A stretch of 63,999 nucleotides of DNA, filler included, from Candidatus Woesearchaeota archaeon (GTDB taxonomy: Archaea > Nanobdellota > Nanobdellia > Woesearchaeales > B72-G16), in the NCBI GenBank assembly GCA_003650545.1. It is 3 parts of 3 records of this genome, joined end to end, with 100 filler letters (N's around TTAATTAATTAA, not from the genome) between each part and the next. Parts side by side here need not be neighbours in the genome. Positions count along the whole stretch, not along the records: positions 30,955 to 61,212 come from QMQO01000016.1; positions 61,313 to 63,999 come from QMQO01000126.1; 1 more part is not named here. One strand, 5' to 3'. The position numbers and the translations under genes are program-made. The notes beneath the pieces were generated by a model. The model saw only the letters and a list, made by a program, of their open reading frames with translations. It ran no database searches and was not told where the DNA came from. Shown here one piece after another: positions 60,213-63,999 of this stretch; position 1 is the first letter of the stretch, and each line of letters opens with the position of its first letter.

Positions 60213-60874
60213 TTTATAATTGTGCCGCGGAATTTCTTATTTGCAAGATAGTTTTCCAGATTTGGTATGTCGGTGCCTTTCAAAATTACAACCTTTATCT
60301 TGTATTTACGAGCTAGATTTGAGGCAACTGGGCCAAATGGTGTATGAATGCCTGCTTTGAAACTAGGAATAATCTTTAAATAATCTTTCCACAATAATTT
60401 TTTTATAGGTTTTGCTGTTTTATATTTTCTTGGATCCTTGTTATAGACAAAGTCTACATTTGTTAGATTGATTACTTCTTTTGTTTTATAGATGTGAGCA
60501 AGCAAAACTGCGTCTGCATCAGATGTTTTGCCGTGTTTGAGAAAGCCGGTTATGAGAATTTTATTAAATCTTATTTTGGATCTTTTTTCTAGAAAGATTA
60601 ATTTCGAATCTGGTAAAAGAGAATGGATTAGGGTAGCGTTTAGTTTTATAGCAGCTATCCCTATGTTGTCTTTTTTTATTTCTGACAGTTTTGCTATTTT
60701 GTTGGCTTTTGTGATGTAATAACGACAAGTGTGGCCACCACCACAAACGATAATTATTTTATTTCTTCTGCTGGTTTTCTTTACAAATGAGACAAATTTT
60801 TTAAGAAAGTCTGTGTTTATTTCTCTTGGGACTATTAAAGACCCTCCAAGTGAGAGAACGATTGTTTTCTTCAT
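60209..60874 (-). CDS. pyrH: UMP kinase
   Basis: VLSLGGS, VCGGG, TSDADA, TNVDFVYNKDP, GTII. Confidence 0.92.
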   Translation of the reverse strand: MKKTIVLSLGGSLIVPREINTDFLKKFVSFVKKTSRRNKIIIVCGGGHTCRYYITKANKIAKLSEIKKDNIGIAAIKLNATLIHSLLPDSKLIFLEKRSKIRFNKILITGFLKHGKTSDADAVLLAHIYKTKEVINLTNVDFVYNKDPRKYKTAKPIKKLLWKDYLKIIPSFKAGIHTPFGPVASNLARKYKIKVVILKGTDIPNLENYLANKKFRGTIIK

Positions 60875-61212
60875 CTATGAAACCTCGCGGTGAATTTTTC
60901 ATTTGCAATCTGCAAAGGCTTTTACGACATCCATCTATTCGGGATAGCTAAGCTTCCCATTATTGCAGGTCGTATGCAAGGCATGGCCCAATCATATACG
61001 AACAGGCTTACTCAAACAAGCATTGGCCTAGGAAGATAACGGGCTCGCCTATGATGCCTTTCTACTTGCAAATCATAATATTTTGAATTGTTTTTCAACA
61101 TCGCATAAATTATTGTAAGCAACTTCCTTGAAGTTGCTATTATTGCAATATTTGTTCCTCTTCTCTTTCTAATCCTTAAGAAAAATGCTCTTAAGGATTT
61201 GTCGTGTTGCAC
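60875..61212 (-). mobile_element. IS110-family element, 3' fragment (transposase C-terminus 61012-61212 plus non-coding right end), cut by the gap
   Basis: LRAFFLRIRKRRGTNIAIIATSRKLLTIIYAMLKN is a typical IS110 transposase C-terminus. Confidence 0.75.
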
Positions 61213-61312
61213 NNNNNNNNNNNNNNNNNNNNNNNNNNNNNNNNNNNNNNNNNNNNTTAATTAATTAANNNNNNNNNNNNNNNNNNNNNNNNNNNNNNNN
61301 NNNNNNNNNNNN
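61213..61312. other. Assembly gap with TTAATTAATTAA linker
   Basis: N runs flanking the linker. Confidence 0.98.
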
Positions 61313-63937
61313 ACTAACTTTGACTTCTTAATCGAACTTGCACTGCTTCAATCGGGCGTACCAAAGAGTGAGGTAAAAGTAGTAATTACTAAAGATGATT
61401 ATAAACAATTTAATGCCCCTAACGAGCTATTTAAAAAAGGCATCAAAGTGATATATAAGATACATGGTTCTATGAAAAATATAATAACCGGCGAATCTAC
61501 AAGAGATGATTTAATTGCCACATTTAAAGCAATCGGTTCTTGTAAGGAAGGCGAGACTATATTTCAAATCGAACCGTTCAAACGTCCTTTGTTCGAGAAC
61601 ATATTTAAAGACCGTACTTTAATTGTAATGGGATATTCCGGAAGTAACGATTTCGATATGGTTCCGACTCTGAAAATTTTAAAGGACATAAAACAAATTA
61701 TTTGGCTTAACCACAGAAAAGAGGATAATGAAACAGAAATTATAACCGAAATTACCCCAGCGAAATTAAAGCCAAAAAATAAAATTGAACAACTCCTTGT
61801 TGAAATTAAGCGTAGGGGATATGTCAAGCGTATATTCATAGTAAATGGCAATATAACAAGAATAACTGAATCTCTTATGGATACTATGCCCAAGGTTTCA
61901 GATACACCGTTTTCCCAGAGTGTTTCTGAATGGTTTGAAAAAGAAATCCCAGCACCTAATAAATTCATTCAGTATCTGATTCCATATAGGATTTATGAAG
62001 GATTTTCAATGTTTGACGATGCGGAATTTTGTATAAAAACGATATTAAATTTAGCTGAGGTTATGGGGAATGATCATTGGAAAGCCATTGCTTTGAGCAA
62101 CATGGGGTGTTTCCTTGATAAGAAAAGAGATCTAGATGGAGCATTGGAGCAGTTTGAAGCTTCTTTAGCGATTTGTGAGCAATTAGGCGCTCTCCGGGGG
62201 AAAGCCACTGCCTTGAACAACATTGGGGTTTTATTGTGTAGAAAAGGTGATTTGGACAAGGCATTGGAGAGGTACAAGGCAATTCTGGCGATTGCCGAAC
62301 AGTTAGGTGATCTTCGGATGAAAGTTACAGCCTTGAAGAACATTGGATCAATACTCAAAGAAAAAGGTGATCTATATGGTGCACTGGAGCGGTATAAGGC
62401 AGCTCTGGCGGTAGCCGAGCAATTGGGCGACCTTCAGGAGAAAATCTTATGTTTGCTCGATATAGGTGTTTTATTTGAAAGAAAGGGCGATTTAGATAGC
62501 GCACTGGAGCGGTATGAGGCAGCTCTGGCGCTTGCTGAGCAATTGAGCTACCTCCGAGGGAAAGCTAATGCCTTGAACAATATTGGATCAGTACTCAAGG
62601 AAAAAGGCGATTTAGATAGTGCTTTGGAGCAGTGTAAGGCAGCACTGGCGCTTTTAGAACAATTGGGCGATCTTCGGGAAAAAATCACATGCTTGATCAA
62701 TATAGGTGTTTTGTTTGAAAGGAAAGGCGATTTAGACAACGCACTGGAGTGGGCTAAGGCAGCATTAGTGGTAGCCGAGCAATTGGGCGATCTTCGGGAA
62801 AAAATCACATGCTTAAATTATATTGGATTGATACTTGAAAAAAAAGGCGATATGGATGGTGCATTGAAGCGATTTAAGGTGGTTCTTGCGATTTATGAGC
62901 AATTGGGTGACCTTCGGGAGAAAGCTATGCGCTTGAACTATATTGGAACGATATTCGAAAGAAAAGGCGATCTAGATAATGCATTGGAACAATTTGAGGC
63001 GGCTTTGGCAATTGCCGAGCAATTGGGCGACCTTCAAGTGAAAGCTGTTGCTTTGAATAATATTGGGAATTTGTTAGAAGAAAAAGGCGATCTAGATAGT
63101 GCGCTAGAGCAGTTTGAGGTGGCTTTGGCGATTGCCGAGCAATTGGGCGACCTTTGAGGGAAAGCTACACGGTTGAACAACATCGGATCGATACTCGAAA
63201 AAAAAGGCGATTTGGGCAGCGCAATGGAGCGATATATGATGGCTCTGGCGATTGATAAGCAATTAGGCGACCTTCGAGGGAAAGCTACACGGTTGAACAA
63301 CATCGGATCGATACTCGAAAAAAAAGGCGATCTAGATGGAGCATTGGAAAAATTAAGAATGGCACTTACGATCTACGAGCAATTAGGAGATCTTCCAGGG
63401 AAAGCCAGGAGCTCTAACAATATAGGTGTCATATTTGAAAAAAAGGGGAACTTAGATAGCGCATTGGAACACTTTAAGGTAGCACTTACGATAAACGAGC
63501 AATTAGGCGACCTTAGGGAGAAAGCTTCTGCCCTAAACAACATCGGATCGATACTCGAAAAAAAAGGCGATCTAGATGGTGCATTGAAGCGGTATGAGGC
63601 AGCTCTGGCGATTGATAAGCAATTGGACGATCTTCGGGGCCAATCCATACGCTTGAACAACATCGGATCGATACTCGAAAAAAAAGGCGATCTAGATGGT
63701 GCATTGAAACGGTGTGAGGCAGCTCTGGCGATCGATGAACAATTAGGCAATCTTCTAGGGAAATCTATACGTTTAAACAACATCGGGGTGTTACTTTATA
63801 GAAAAAATGATTTGGACGGCGCACTTAAAAAATTAGAAAAAGCTTGGAATATCTTAATAAGAATTGGATTAAATCAATCGCAAAACGCTAAATATACTAA
63901 GAGAAGTATCGAGTATATTAAAAAATTACTTGAATAA
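61313..63937 (+). pseudogene. SIR2-like domain plus TPR-repeat protein, 5'-truncated by the gap, in-frame TGA at 63155-63157
   Basis: TNFD, KIHGS and GYSGSNDFD SIR2 motifs; 40-aa TPR units; GACCTTTGAGGG versus GACCTTCGAGGG in the next repeat; both tracked ORFs share one frame. Confidence 0.8.
62060..63860 (+). repeat. 120-bp TPR-coding tandem repeats (about 15)
   Basis: Recurring AAAGGCGATCTAGAT and GAGCAATTGGGCGACCTT at a 120-bp period. Confidence 0.9.
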
Positions 63938-63999
63938 GAGCAGTTTTTTTTATCATATATGCATTCAAATTTCCTTATTGTCTGCCAATTATTTAAACC

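Noticed and set aside
63155..63157. TGA recoding (selenocysteine or alternative genetic code)
   Set aside because: The aligned repeat has Arg (CGA), not Cys, Trp or Gly, and TGA ends many ordinary genes in the window
62061..63783. Repetitive minus-strand ORFs over the TPR gene
   Set aside because: Antisense shadows of the TPR repeats

Overview
AT-rich archaeal DNA whose gene set (FtsZ, aIF2-gamma, S6e/S19e/L31e/L39e, class I LysRS, Pth2, Nop5, stand-alone 5S rRNA, many orphans) points to a DPANN lineage, probably Woesearchaeota-like (inference). The window is three contigs joined by artificial N-TTAATTAATTAA-N spacers (30855-30954, 61213-61312), so linkage across the gaps is unproven. Contig 1 holds translation and housekeeping genes, a RelA/SpoT-like nucleotidyltransferase, a large beta-helix surface protein, a RimK pair, a frameshifted lysS and a tRNA-Lys(CUU) with three non-canonical introns. 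Contig 2 holds a glycosylation cluster, an intein-bearing DUF362 protein, 5S rRNA, an ABC exporter, PEP synthase with two inteins and an IS110 fragment. Contig 3 is a SIR2-TPR gene with an internal TGA. The most unusual region is 46.0-49.6 kb. It contains a coiled-coil/winged-helix gene carrying eight helically phased GGACA iteron-like repeats, a second GGACA cluster just downstream and two flanking motif families (candidate origin or centromere-like system). Next to it is an approximately 800-nt, heavily base-paired transcript that also contains an ORF and ends in a tRNA-like element.
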